A DNA stretch of 64,000 bases from an uncultured Spirochaetales bacterium (GTDB lineage: Bacteria; UBP6; UBA1177). Positions 47,965 to 57,819 of the stretch are shown here, piece by piece. A program made the position numbers and the translations under genes. The DNA lies in the NCBI GenBank assembly GCA_902774115.1, contig CACYHH010000003.1, positions 63,580 through 127,579 of the forward strand, in the 5' to 3' direction. Position 1 is the first letter of the stretch. The number at the start of each line of letters is the position of its first letter. The notes beneath the pieces were generated by a model. The model was not told the DNA's origin and searched no databases. It was given only the letters and a program-made list of their open reading frames with translations.

Positions 47965-48675
47965 ATGAAATTTTCGCTTCTTATTCCGGTTTACAACGAG
48001 GAAAAAACACTTGATCTGATTTTTTCAAGAGTTTTCGAGCTTGAAAAATCACCTCTGATCGATGAACTTGAAGTTATCGCGGTTGATGACTGTTCAAAAG
48101 ATAACTCTTTGAATTTATTGAAAAAATATGAATCGGACGGCAGAATAAAGCTGTTTCATCACGAAAAAAATCAGGGGAAAGGGGCGGCAGTCAGAACGGC
48201 TATGGCGAATGCGACGGGCGATTATGTCGTTTTTCAGGACGCCGACCTTGAATATGACCCGCAGGATCTGCTGAAAATGCTCGATTATGCTGTCAAAAAC
48301 AATGTCGATATCCTTTACGGCAGCCGTTTCCTGGGGAAAAAGACGAGCCCCCTCGGTAAATTTCACTATTTAGTGAACGCAGGACTTACGACTTTCTCAA
48401 ATCTTTTCACCGGTCTGAATCTCACCGACATGGAAACATGCTATAAAATGTTCAAAGGCGAAGTTTTGAAAGAAATAAACATCGAAGAAGACCGCTTCGG
48501 TCTCGAACCTGAAATCACGGCTAAAGCGGCAAAAATCTGCGCCGCAAAAAATCTTGCAGTCAAGGAAATTCCGATCAGCTATAACCCGCGCAAATCGGAT
48601 GAAGGCAAAAAAATCGGAGCCAAAGACGGTCTTCGTGCAGTCTATATCATCCTGAAATACGGATTGTTCGAATAA
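47965..48675 (+). CDS. family-2 glycosyltransferase (polyprenol-phosphate sugar transferase, ArnC/DPM1-like)
   Basis: VIAVDDCSKDNS and VFQDADLEYDP (DxD). 236 aa. Confidence 0.65.
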   Translation: MKFSLLIPVYNEEKTLDLIFSRVFELEKSPLIDELEVIAVDDCSKDNSLNLLKKYESDGRIKLFHHEKNQGKGAAVRTAMANATGDYVVFQDADLEYDPQDLLKMLDYAVKNNVDILYGSRFLGKKTSPLGKFHYLVNAGLTTFSNLFTGLNLTDMETCYKMFKGEVLKEINIEEDRFGLEPEITAKAAKICAAKNLAVKEIPISYNPRKSDEGKKIGAKDGLRAVYIILKYGLFE

Positions 48676-48707
48676 AACGTTACGGCGTCACGTTGAAGGC
48701 ACGGCAA

Positions 48708-50162
48708 TTATTCCGAAGCCTCTTCGTTGAATGAATCAAGCATGGTTTTTACAGTTTCCGGCGGGAGCCTGAAGTGAAGTCCCTGGGGAATTTCAAGAAG
48801 TTCATGCGGATAGAACTCCTGGATTCCGACAAATTTCAAGTCTTTGTCGAGGATAGCCGCTTTTCCTTTTCTTCCGGTCGTCCTGAAAACATCAAGGGAA
48901 CACGCCAGCTGTTTTTTGCCGATGACGCGGAGAATCGTTCCGGGCGGGAAGACTCCGAGCGCGCTGAAAAGTGCTTTGACCGTAACCTTGGCAAAACAGC
49001 GCATATCAGCCATTTTGAAAAGCTGTTCTATTGCTTCCGGACGTTTCATGGGCATGGTTTTGCGTGCCGGCCACCAGCGTGTCGCGAGATCGTAGTAGTC
49101 GCAGACTTTTATGAGTTCGCCCAGAGGCGTTGACATAATCGGTTTTTCCGGCGGTACCGGTTTGCAGTCGAAAGTATATGTCGTATGGTGAAGACCTGCC
49201 GTGATCGCAGCTTCCATCATTGCGAAGTTGAGTGAATTGAGTCTGCTCAAAACCGCAAAACCGTTCTGGCAGTGTTCGACGACTTCTCCCTTTGAATTTT
49301 CCGGAAGGTCGATGTCGTGGAAGTATGCCGCGGTGCCGATTCTGGTGAGAAGCGAACGGTCTATGCCGAGCTGAACTCCGGCGGCAATACTTAAAATAGC
49401 CGTATTTGTCAGGTGAGTCGCGATCATTTTGCCGCGGAGACTGTTTATCGAAGCCAGAACCATGAGATGTGATTCCTGTGAATCGCTTGAACCGTCGCAG
49501 ATCATGTCGATCGCGTTCTGGATGTTTCTCATAGCCTTTTTCAGCGGCATCGGACGGTTTTCGTTGATTTTCGTCTTGAACATCGAATGGTCAAGTACCA
49601 TATTGCGGTAGGTGAGTCTCGCTAGCTGGCTTTTGTTCAGGATGTTGAAAAGGTCGTCTCCGCCTGAACTGTCGCGCTGCGTTATCTGGATTTTTATTCC
49701 TTTGCTTTTGATTTTTTTCTCAAAGTAGTCAAAGACAACGTCGCTTTTGATGTTCGATTTTATTACTTCCTGACCGATAAGCATAAATTCGATTATTTCG
49801 CTGATTCCGCCTGCCTTTTGAAATACTATTGTCGCAACCTGCAGGTGGATGTAGAAATCCTCAAGTTCGTCGAACGAAATATTCAGTCCTTTTTTCCGGC
49901 GCACCCTTACGTCGTTGAGCATAAAGTCGTTGCCGTTGAAGGTGAAATCGAAAAAAGAGTCGGTGGCAAAAAAGAACTTTATTGTTTCGCCCAGTTTTTC
50001 AGTATTTTTTTCAACAGTTTCGTTTGCCGGACCGTAAAGCCTGAGTGCCTTCAAAAGAGCATTGAACGCAACTGTGAAATCATACATTCTTTCTCTTTCG
50101 ACCCTGTCTGAATTTTCAAAAAATTCAGAGGATATCACATTGTTCTGAAGTTCTTCGCTCAT
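48708..50162 (-). CDS. HD-GYP-like domain protein with degenerate GYP motif
   Basis: C-terminal half shows H..N.A.L...LGI...AAYFHDIDLP, GLHH, then PLGELIKVCDYYDLATR in HD-GYP order. FDCKPVP occupies the GYP position. Confidence 0.4.
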   Translation of the reverse strand: MSEELQNNVISSEFFENSDRVERERMYDFTVAFNALLKALRLYGPANETVEKNTEKLGETIKFFFATDSFFDFTFNGNDFMLNDVRVRRKKGLNISFDELEDFYIHLQVATIVFQKAGGISEIIEFMLIGQEVIKSNIKSDVVFDYFEKKIKSKGIKIQITQRDSSGGDDLFNILNKSQLARLTYRNMVLDHSMFKTKINENRPMPLKKAMRNIQNAIDMICDGSSDSQESHLMVLASINSLRGKMIATHLTNTAILSIAAGVQLGIDRSLLTRIGTAAYFHDIDLPENSKGEVVEHCQNGFAVLSRLNSLNFAMMEAAITAGLHHTTYTFDCKPVPPEKPIMSTPLGELIKVCDYYDLATRWWPARKTMPMKRPEAIEQLFKMADMRCFAKVTVKALFSALGVFPPGTILRVIGKKQLACSLDVFRTTGRKGKAAILDKDLKFVGIQEFYPHELLEIPQGLHFRLPPETVKTMLDSFNEEASE

Positions 50163-52207
50163 AAGTATTTATCCTTGATTTTATTGACTATTTTAACTGT
50201 TTCCTTGTTGCCGGACGACAAAGATTTTTCTATGAATTTTTTAGCTTCAGGATCGTTCCTGTAGTAGAAAATCGCTTTGTAGAATTCTTCTTTCGCAGTC
50301 GGTACAGATTTGTTGAAAAGACTTCCGGATGCAGAAAGCATGTTTTTAACTGCCGGGAAAAGTTCCGGAAAAATCTCAGGTTTCAGAAGTTTACAGAAAG
50401 CCTGAAGCTCGTCGGTTTTCATTTTCGACAGAGAGTTTATGTCTGCCGCCCTGATTATAAATTTTTCAAAGTGACTCATTGTTGTCGCTTTCTGTATCGC
50501 CTGTATCGCTTTCATCCTTATTTCGGGGTCTTCGGTCAGAAGCTGCTGCCCCAAAAGGTCGAAAAGATCGTAGCGGCGCAGAGAAATTATCATCTGAAAA
50601 ATCTCGTCAATTTCGTCGTTTTCAAGTTTTTTAAGGTTGTGGACCTGAAGCAGACGGTTTACGATCGGTTTGATCGCCGTATTGTCCTTGAGTTCGAGAA
50701 TCTTCTGTATTGCCGCACTTCTGACATCTCTGGCGGATGAGAAGACCGCTCTTTCAAGTGCCGGAAGAGCTTCTTCGACCGAAAATTCCATGAGAAGAGC
50801 CAGAGCTTCGATACGCGCCTGTTTCTGCGGATGTGAAACGGTCGCCCTGATTGCGGGAAGGATTCTCGGATCTTTTTTATCTTTCATCATTGCCAGTGCA
50901 TTACGGACGACTTTCCAGTCGGAATGTCTTGTAAGGGCAAGGAGATCGTCGGTTATAGGCATGTGTTCCGAGCAGCTGTGTATAATTGCGATTCTCGTGT
51001 CCTTTGAATCGATACTGTTGATTTTGGAAAGAAGGAATTCCATTTTTTTCGCCGGAACCATTGCAAAAAGTTTGCCGATAACGGCAATTTCCTCTGCAGG
51101 AATATCTTCTATCGTGAAAAAGAAATCGCTTAAAAACTCTTCGTTTTCAAGGTCTGCAAAAGTATCTCTTATCTTTTTGGCATATTCCGGCTGAGTGTGC
51201 TGAAGCTGTTCCGCAATGGTTTTCAAAGTCTGAATGAAGAGGATCGCGCCGCTTACCGAGCCGAAAAGAAGCAGTTTTTCCCAAAGCGAAACGGCGGTGT
51301 CCAGAAGCTCTTTTCCCGCTTTTGTCCCCTGACTGCTCATAAGCCGCGAAGAAAGTTCCTTCAGAAAGCGGTTGACAACGAAAGAATCGCTGTTTCTTTT
51401 CAGGGCTTCGTCAAATTTGAACATCTCCATTTTGCCGACGATGTAGTTCGAAAGCCTCTGGTTGAGCAGCTCTTTGCGCTCATTAAAATCGATCTCTCTC
51501 TCTTCTTTCATCATAAGTTCCGAATATTTTTCGAAATCGGATGATTCGAACTTCGGAGCGTTCGCCATATCCTGCGGTGAGTTTCCCGCGCCTTCCTTGC
51601 CTTCATTGTCTATTTCGCCGATACCGTCGAAACCGGGACCGTATGAAAGTTCTTCGACAAGAAACGGTGAGAAATTATCTGCATCATTCGAAATTGAAAG
51701 ATTCTGTTTTATGAGCTCATCCTCAGTAATATAGCCGATATTCGTGAAATTGTGATCCCAGAGAAGAGTTGAAAGGTCGTAGTCTTCGTTTGCGAACAGC
51801 GTGCACTGCGCCAGAATATCGAAAAACTGCCAGATTTCATCTTTCTGGGTTCCTTTCTGGAAAAAAATCTCGCGCAGACCATCGTTGTAAAGGAAAAAAA
51901 CGACTTCGCGGTCTTTTTCACCGGTTTCCAGAACATGACTGCCGAGCATAAAACCCTTTGTGGAAATCCTTAATGAAATCGAAGGAATATCGGAAAGAAT
52001 CTCATCCAGTTTTACCTTGAACTGGTCTGCAAACCTGGAAAATGCGGGATTCGTTCTCGGATAGAGCCTGTAGCCGCGGATGACCTTTCCGAAAAGGGTG
52101 ACAAGTTCTTTAGTCGATTTGACCAGCTCGTTGTCATCAAACAGCTTGTCGGCATTGTCTTTAAAAAAATCAAATATTTCTCTCTTTTTTTCGCTTGCTT
52201 TTACCAT
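50159..52207 (-). CDS. HEAT/PBS-lyase-repeat protein, hypothetical
   Basis: Tandem HEAT-like repeats (PAIRATVSHPQKQARIEALALL..., ALPALERAVFSSARDVRSAAIQKIL...). ATGA overlap with the downstream HD-GYP-like gene. Confidence 0.5.
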   Translation of the reverse strand: MVKASEKKREIFDFFKDNADKLFDDNELVKSTKELVTLFGKVIRGYRLYPRTNPAFSRFADQFKVKLDEILSDIPSISLRISTKGFMLGSHVLETGEKDREVVFFLYNDGLREIFFQKGTQKDEIWQFFDILAQCTLFANEDYDLSTLLWDHNFTNIGYITEDELIKQNLSISNDADNFSPFLVEELSYGPGFDGIGEIDNEGKEGAGNSPQDMANAPKFESSDFEKYSELMMKEEREIDFNERKELLNQRLSNYIVGKMEMFKFDEALKRNSDSFVVNRFLKELSSRLMSSQGTKAGKELLDTAVSLWEKLLLFGSVSGAILFIQTLKTIAEQLQHTQPEYAKKIRDTFADLENEEFLSDFFFTIEDIPAEEIAVIGKLFAMVPAKKMEFLLSKINSIDSKDTRIAIIHSCSEHMPITDDLLALTRHSDWKVVRNALAMMKDKKDPRILPAIRATVSHPQKQARIEALALLMEFSVEEALPALERAVFSSARDVRSAAIQKILELKDNTAIKPIVNRLLQVHNLKKLENDEIDEIFQMIISLRRYDLFDLLGQQLLTEDPEIRMKAIQAIQKATTMSHFEKFIIRAADINSLSKMKTDELQAFCKLLKPEIFPELFPAVKNMLSASGSLFNKSVPTAKEEFYKAIFYYRNDPEAKKFIEKSLSSGNKETVKIVNKIKDKYL

Positions 52208-52430
52208 TTTTCAAGACCTCAAAAATTTCCGCGCATTTTAGCTGTTAAGATGAAAAGTGCAATTTTTATTGTCGTTACGACGAAACGCCGTTACGCCGTA
52301 ACGATATTAATGATGGGAATTGAGAAGAACGACGAAACGTCGTGACGACGTGACGTCGGGTATCGCGCTTTATTTCTTTTTAATTTTGTGTTATAAAACC
52401 CGGCTTTTGTTGATTTTGTTGGAGAATGCA

Positions 52431-53441
52431 ATGGCGGAAGGTATTTTGAGAAGAGATCCTCTCAATAAGATCTGGGTGATTTTTGCACCGGAAAAGGTGA
52501 AAACGGTGATTTCGGGAAGTTCGGAAAACGATGCGGTTTTTGATGTCGATCCTTTTGTTCCCGGTTTTGAAGCTGCCACAGGTCCCGATATTATGCGGAG
52601 TTCTGATCCTGTTTATTCGGTAGGTGGCTGGTCTTCGCGCGTTTTCCCTGCGAAAAATCCTATACTCAGAGTCGAAAACGAAAAAAACGGCAGAGGACAC
52701 GGGCTTTACGATTCGATGTCGAGGCTCGGAGCGCATGAAGTCGTTGTTGAAACGCCGAAAAGCGGCATCGGTCTCGACCAGCTTTCGGTCGAAGAAATCG
52801 CTGACGGAATCAAAATCATTTTTGACCGTATTTCCGACCTCAGAAAAGATACCCGTTTCCGCTATATTTCGGTTACTAAAAACAGAGGTGCCGCAGCCGG
52901 AGGAACGATCAACCACAACTATTCCGAAATCAAGGCATATCCCTTCATTCCGCCGTTTGTCCGCAATAAACTCGACAACTGCCTTGAATATTACCGCATG
53001 AAAGAGCGCTGCCTGCTCTGCGACATCATCGATCAGGAGCTTTCCGAGAGAAAAAGGATAGTCTGCGAACACGACAACTTTGTTGCAGTCTGTCCGTATG
53101 CAAGCCGCTTTCCCTTTGAAATAATGGTCCTTCCGAAAAAACACGGCAGGATTTTAAGTGACAATCCCGCTTCGGCGATAGGCGATTTTGCGAAAATTCT
53201 TAAACCGGTTATGACAAAGTTGAGACTCGGGCTCAATTCGCCTGCCTACAACATGGTTTTCCACTATCTTCCGGTAAACAGCGGAAGAGAGGCTGAGAGC
53301 GAAAGTCTGGCATATCACTGGCATCTTGAAATAATTCCGCGAATTTCCGTGATAACTGCCGACAGTTTTGAAAACGGCATTTTCGTAAATCCGACTCTGC
53401 CGGAAGATGCGGCTGAGTTTTTGAGAAACATAAGGGAGTAG
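52431..53441 (+). CDS. galactose-1-phosphate uridylyltransferase (GalT, HIT branch III) family protein
   Basis: RRDPLNKIWVIFAPEKVK, SRVFPAKNP, GAHEVVVETP and C-terminal YHWHLEIIPR are GalT-like. The expected CPFC and HPHGQ motifs appear altered, as far as I can align by eye. Confidence 0.5.
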   Translation: MAEGILRRDPLNKIWVIFAPEKVKTVISGSSENDAVFDVDPFVPGFEAATGPDIMRSSDPVYSVGGWSSRVFPAKNPILRVENEKNGRGHGLYDSMSRLGAHEVVVETPKSGIGLDQLSVEEIADGIKIIFDRISDLRKDTRFRYISVTKNRGAAAGGTINHNYSEIKAYPFIPPFVRNKLDNCLEYYRMKERCLLCDIIDQELSERKRIVCEHDNFVAVCPYASRFPFEIMVLPKKHGRILSDNPASAIGDFAKILKPVMTKLRLGLNSPAYNMVFHYLPVNSGREAESESLAYHWHLEIIPRISVITADSFENGIFVNPTLPEDAAEFLRNIRE

Positions 53442-53444
53442 GTT

Positions 53445-54302
53445 ATGAAGTATTCGATTATTCCTGCGGCAGGGCTCGCGACCCGTTTCCTGCCGGCGTC
53501 AAAGTGCATCCCGAAGGAGCTTTTCCCGGTTTTGGACAAGCCTGTGATCCAGTATATCGTCGAAGAGTCGATAGAAGCAGGCGCAACGAACGTCGTTTTT
53601 GTCTCGGGCAGCGGAAAAGAGGCAATCCTCGACCATTTTGACAGGATAAATCCGAAATTTTCGGCCAAAAACCTCAAGGAAGATGTCCGCGAGAAGGTTG
53701 AAACGCTTGACGACATGATCGAAGTCATTTCTGTCCGCCAGAAATCTCCGCAAGGTTTGGGGCACGCCGTTATGAAGGGAACTTTCGTGATCCCGGAAGC
53801 AGAATCGTTTGCCGTAATGCTTCCCGACATGCTTATTTTTTCTGAGGGTGAAAGCACTGTTATGCAGGAAATGAGCCGCATCAGCGAAAAATACGGCTGC
53901 TCAGTCATTGCTCTCATGGAAGTTCCTGCAGAATCGCGCGGAATGTACGGCATTGCTGAGGGGGCAACTCTTGAAAACGGAGTCATCGATATTAAAAAAC
54001 TTATCGAAAAACCATCTGTGGGCGAGACTGAATCCAATCTTGCCGTTTTGGGAAGATACATTTTCACGCCGAGGATTGCCAAAATTCTGAGAACCGTCAA
54101 ACCCGGCAGAGGCGGGGAGATCCAGCTTACCGACGCAATGGTTTCGCTCCTTGCCGAAGAGCAGATCTTGGGTTACGTTATTGACTCCAAAACACGCGTT
54201 TTCGACACCGGAAACATGGAAGGTTTTGCCCTTGCAAATGCTTACGCTGCGCTTCGCAGAGTCCCTGATTTCGACAAAAAAATCGCTGAATTAATCAAAT
54301 AA
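53445..54302 (+). CDS. galU: UTP--glucose-1-phosphate uridylyltransferase
   Basis: MKYSIIPAAGLATRFLPASKCIPKELFPV signature. 285 aa. Confidence 0.85.
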   Translation: MKYSIIPAAGLATRFLPASKCIPKELFPVLDKPVIQYIVEESIEAGATNVVFVSGSGKEAILDHFDRINPKFSAKNLKEDVREKVETLDDMIEVISVRQKSPQGLGHAVMKGTFVIPEAESFAVMLPDMLIFSEGESTVMQEMSRISEKYGCSVIALMEVPAESRGMYGIAEGATLENGVIDIKKLIEKPSVGETESNLAVLGRYIFTPRIAKILRTVKPGRGGEIQLTDAMVSLLAEEQILGYVIDSKTRVFDTGNMEGFALANAYAALRRVPDFDKKIAELIK

Positions 54303-54432
54303 TATCGTGACGGCGTCACGTCGTCTCGCCGTCACGTTTCGTCGTTACGCTGCCTTCGAAATATTGTTGCCGCCATGTCGATATATCGGAATATCGAAAT
54401 TTCGAAATATCGACGAGATCTGGCGGCGGCGA

Positions 54433-56580
54433 TTATTTCTTGACCAGTTTGAATTTCCCGTTCTCGACGGTGATGACGGCTTTGGTCTTGGGCGGCAGAT
54501 TGCCTTTTAAAATCTCAGTCGCAAGCAGCGTTTCGACATTCTTTTCAAGGTAACGTCTGACCGGTCTTGCGCCGTATTCAGTGTTGAAGGATTCGTCGAT
54601 GACTTTCTGCATTGCCAAATCATCAAGGTCGAGGTGAAGCTCTTTATCCTCAAGGATCTTGTTGATGTTCCTGAGAAGAAGAGCGGTTATCTCCTTCAGG
54701 TTGTCGGTCGAAAGCGGGTTGAAGACCACGATATCGTCGATACGGTTGATAAATTCAGGTTTGAACCTTCCTTTTATCGTCTGCATTACGGCATCGAGTT
54801 CGGTTTCGGAAAGTTTTCCGTCCTTCGCTTCGATCATGTCGCTTCCGAGGTTCGAAGTCATGATTATTATCGTGTTCTTGAACGATACGGTTCGACCCTG
54901 GTTGTCTGTCAGACGGCCGTCTTCAAGTATCTGGAGCAGAATGTTGAAGACATCTTCGTGAGCCTTCTCGATTTCGTCAAGCAGGACGATGGAGTAGGGT
55001 TTTCTTCTGACCGCTTCTGTGAGCTGGCCGCCTTCGTCGTAGCCGACATATCCTGGAGGCGCACCGATAAGACGCGAAACGGAGAATTTCTCCATGTATT
55101 CACTCATATCAATACGAACCATGTTGTCAGCCGTATCGAAAAGCTGTTCCGCCAGTTTTTTGGCAAGTTCTGTTTTGCCGACACCTGTCGGGCCTACGAA
55201 AATGAAGGAACCGAGCGGTCTGTTCGGGTTGGTGAGACCTGCACGCGATCTCAGGATCGCCCTCGTGATGCTTTCAATTGCTTCGTTCTGACCGATTATC
55301 TCCTCTTTCAGCCTGTTCGAAAGATTGAGGATCCTCTCTTTTTCGGTCTGGGTCATGCTCGAAACCGGAATGCCTGTCCACTTGCTGACGACTTCTGCGA
55401 TCTGTTTTTCGGTAAGGACTTCTGTTACCATGACATTTTCGTTTTTGGTTATCTCCTGAGCCTCTTTCAGTTTGGCTTCAAGAGTTCTCAGTCTGCCGTA
55501 CTGGAGTTCGCCCACTTTGTTGAAGTCTCCTTCGCTCTGAGCCCTTTCGATCATGGTCTTGACCTCGTCAATCTCTTTTTTGAGTTTTTTGACCTCTTCG
55601 ATCGAAGCCTTTTCCTTCTGCCAGATCTTGTACTGTTTGTCGTATTCGTCCGTTGTCTCTTTCAGACGCTCCTCGACGTTTCTGATCTCCTCTTTTGTCG
55701 CACCCGAATCCTTTCTGCGGAAGCCTTCGAACTCGATCTGGAGCTGGAGTTTCTTACGCTTGAGGTCGTCAAGCTCTGCCGGCATGCTGTCGTTGTCGGT
55801 CCTGAGCATTGCACAGGCTTCATCGATAAGGTCGATCGCCTTGTCGGGCTGGAAACGGTCTGAAATGTAACGGTTCGAAAGTTTTACCGCCGCCACGATA
55901 GCCCCTTCAGAAATCGTGATCCCGTGATGGATCTCGAAACGCTCACGCAGACCACGCAGGATAGAGATCGTCTCGTCTTCATCCGGCGGCTGGACAATAA
56001 GAGGCTGGAACCTTCTTTCAAGGGCGGCATCCTTTTCGATGTACTTTCTGTATTCGTCGAGAGTCGTCGCACCTATGCAGTGCAGTTCTCCTCGTGCCAG
56101 CATAGGTTTGAGCATGTTTGCCGCATCCATGCTGCCGTCGGTTTTGCCCGCTCCGACGATCGTGTGAAGCTCATCGATGAAAAGGATGATCTTTCCTTCC
56201 GATTCCTTGACCGCTTTCAGGACATCTTTCAGCCTTTCCTCAAATTCGCCGCGGTATTTCGCTCCCGATATAAGGGCACCCATATCGAGCTCGAAGATCT
56301 CTTTGTTCTGAAGGCTTACAGGCACGTCGCCGCGGACGATCCTCCGTGCCAGACCTTCAACGATCGCCGTCTTGCCGACACCGGGCTGACCGATGATGAC
56401 CGGGTTGTTTTTGGTTCTTCTCGAAAGGATCCTGATGATCCTTCTGATTTCGCCGTCACGCCCGATCACAGGGTCGAGTTTCCCCGCCTTGGCAAGATCG
56501 ACAATGTTTCTTCCGTAGTTTTTCCACGAATCTTTGTTCGTTTCATTCTCGTTAACATTGTAATCCATAGCAACCTCCAT
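54433..56580 (-). CDS. clpB: ClpB-type AAA+ disaggregase lacking the N-terminal Clp_N domain
   Basis: Two AAA+ modules ([30 protein letters not shown]) and a long coiled-coil M-domain. Only about 30 aa precede the first AAA module. 715 aa. Confidence 0.8.
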   Translation of the reverse strand: MEVAMDYNVNENETNKDSWKNYGRNIVDLAKAGKLDPVIGRDGEIRRIIRILSRRTKNNPVIIGQPGVGKTAIVEGLARRIVRGDVPVSLQNKEIFELDMGALISGAKYRGEFEERLKDVLKAVKESEGKIILFIDELHTIVGAGKTDGSMDAANMLKPMLARGELHCIGATTLDEYRKYIEKDAALERRFQPLIVQPPDEDETISILRGLRERFEIHHGITISEGAIVAAVKLSNRYISDRFQPDKAIDLIDEACAMLRTDNDSMPAELDDLKRKKLQLQIEFEGFRRKDSGATKEEIRNVEERLKETTDEYDKQYKIWQKEKASIEEVKKLKKEIDEVKTMIERAQSEGDFNKVGELQYGRLRTLEAKLKEAQEITKNENVMVTEVLTEKQIAEVVSKWTGIPVSSMTQTEKERILNLSNRLKEEIIGQNEAIESITRAILRSRAGLTNPNRPLGSFIFVGPTGVGKTELAKKLAEQLFDTADNMVRIDMSEYMEKFSVSRLIGAPPGYVGYDEGGQLTEAVRRKPYSIVLLDEIEKAHEDVFNILLQILEDGRLTDNQGRTVSFKNTIIIMTSNLGSDMIEAKDGKLSETELDAVMQTIKGRFKPEFINRIDDIVVFNPLSTDNLKEITALLLRNINKILEDKELHLDLDDLAMQKVIDESFNTEYGARPVRRYLEKNVETLLATEILKGNLPPKTKAVITVENGKFKLVKK

Positions 56581-56758
56581 TTAAAATCCGACATCTGTTA
56601 TAAACAACTTTTTGCGGTTTCAAGGGGGAAAAATCACATTAGCGGAAAAAAATCGAAATAAGCGGGCTGGGAATTTGGTGAGAATTGAGCTTGTTTTTTT
56701 AAGATTTTCTTCTAAAATACTGCGTTTTTTTGTTTGGCAACCCGCATGTGAGGAAAAA

Positions 56759-57706
56759 ATGAAGAAAATTTTTGCAGTCTTCGCGCTTTTTACACTGTTT
56801 TTCGCAGTTTCCTGCGGAAGTTCAAGTAATAACGAAAACAAAGACAATACCGACACAGGTGAAACTGTGACAGACGAAGATTCCGGCACGGCTGACAGCG
56901 AGCCGGCTGATACAACACCGGAACAGCCTGACAATGAAGAAACAGGCAGAAAGCAGGGCGAACTTTACGGCGAATGTTACCCGAATGCGACCTGCAACAA
57001 AGGTCTGGTCTGCGATGAGGAGAACAATATCTGCATCAAAGATCCGAACGGCAACAGCAATGATTCGAATAATGATGTGACGGAAACTGACGATGACGGT
57101 GATTCAACTCATGATGACGCAGATTCTGACAGCGATTCAGATAGTTCGGATTCAACTGCTGATGATGCTGACACGTCTGATTCGCAGTCGGACGACGATG
57201 CAGATACCGACAGCGGTGATCCGGATGAACCCTGCACAACAATTGACGCCAAGCTGTGGTGGTCACCAAAAACAACGGATACAATGGATTGGCTGAGTGC
57301 GCTTGATTACTGTGAAAAAAAGTTGAACGATTCGAACAAATGCGGGTATTCAGACTGGCATCTGCCTATAATCGATGAACTGAAGACGCTCCTTAAGTGG
57401 AGAAGGGATTCCCAATGCAAGGTTTCTGAAACGGACGACCATTTGTCTTTTAATGATTACTGGACATGCTCAAGCTGCTGCCATGATTGTACGCTTGGAG
57501 GCGGAGGAGAGTGCAACTACTCTTCTTATTATTACGACGGAAGATACAGCAAATTAGGCGACTCCGGCTCGCTCTGGTCTTCCTCTGTTCCAACCGAATA
57601 TATTCATTCTGCGTGGGTTGTAAATTTCAATGCCGCTCAGGTGTACAACAAAAGTAAGTCGAACACGACTGAAGTCTATGTTCGTTGTGTGCGGGGAGCT
57701 CAGTAA
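56759..57706 (+). CDS. lipoprotein with D/S-rich acidic linker and C-terminal DUF1566/FISUMP-like domain
   Basis: Lipobox FFAVSCGSS. Low-complexity DDADSDSDSDSS. C-terminus ...WHLP...EL..LL...YWSSS...AW.VNF...VRCVR. Confidence 0.55.
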   Translation: MKKIFAVFALFTLFFAVSCGSSSNNENKDNTDTGETVTDEDSGTADSEPADTTPEQPDNEETGRKQGELYGECYPNATCNKGLVCDEENNICIKDPNGNSNDSNNDVTETDDDGDSTHDDADSDSDSDSSDSTADDADTSDSQSDDDADTDSGDPDEPCTTIDAKLWWSPKTTDTMDWLSALDYCEKKLNDSNKCGYSDWHLPIIDELKTLLKWRRDSQCKVSETDDHLSFNDYWTCSSCCHDCTLGGGGECNYSSYYYDGRYSKLGDSGSLWSSSVPTEYIHSAWVVNFNAAQVYNKSKSNTTEVYVRCVRGAQ

Positions 57707-57819
57707 CCGAGGCTCACAAACCTTAAAAAATTTCATTCCCGAAAATACTTGCTTTCCCTAAATTATAAGTCTACATTAGCCCGTTATTTGTTTTATTAAC
57801 CTATTCCTTGGAGGAAACT

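Noticed and set aside
52380-54100. 254-aa and 261-aa minus-strand ORFs
   Set aside because: They lie antisense to the galT-like and galU genes.
54634-56661. 409-aa and 245-aa + strand ORFs
   Set aside because: They lie antisense to clpB. Their composition is rich in F, L and R, typical of the reverse complement of a coding region.
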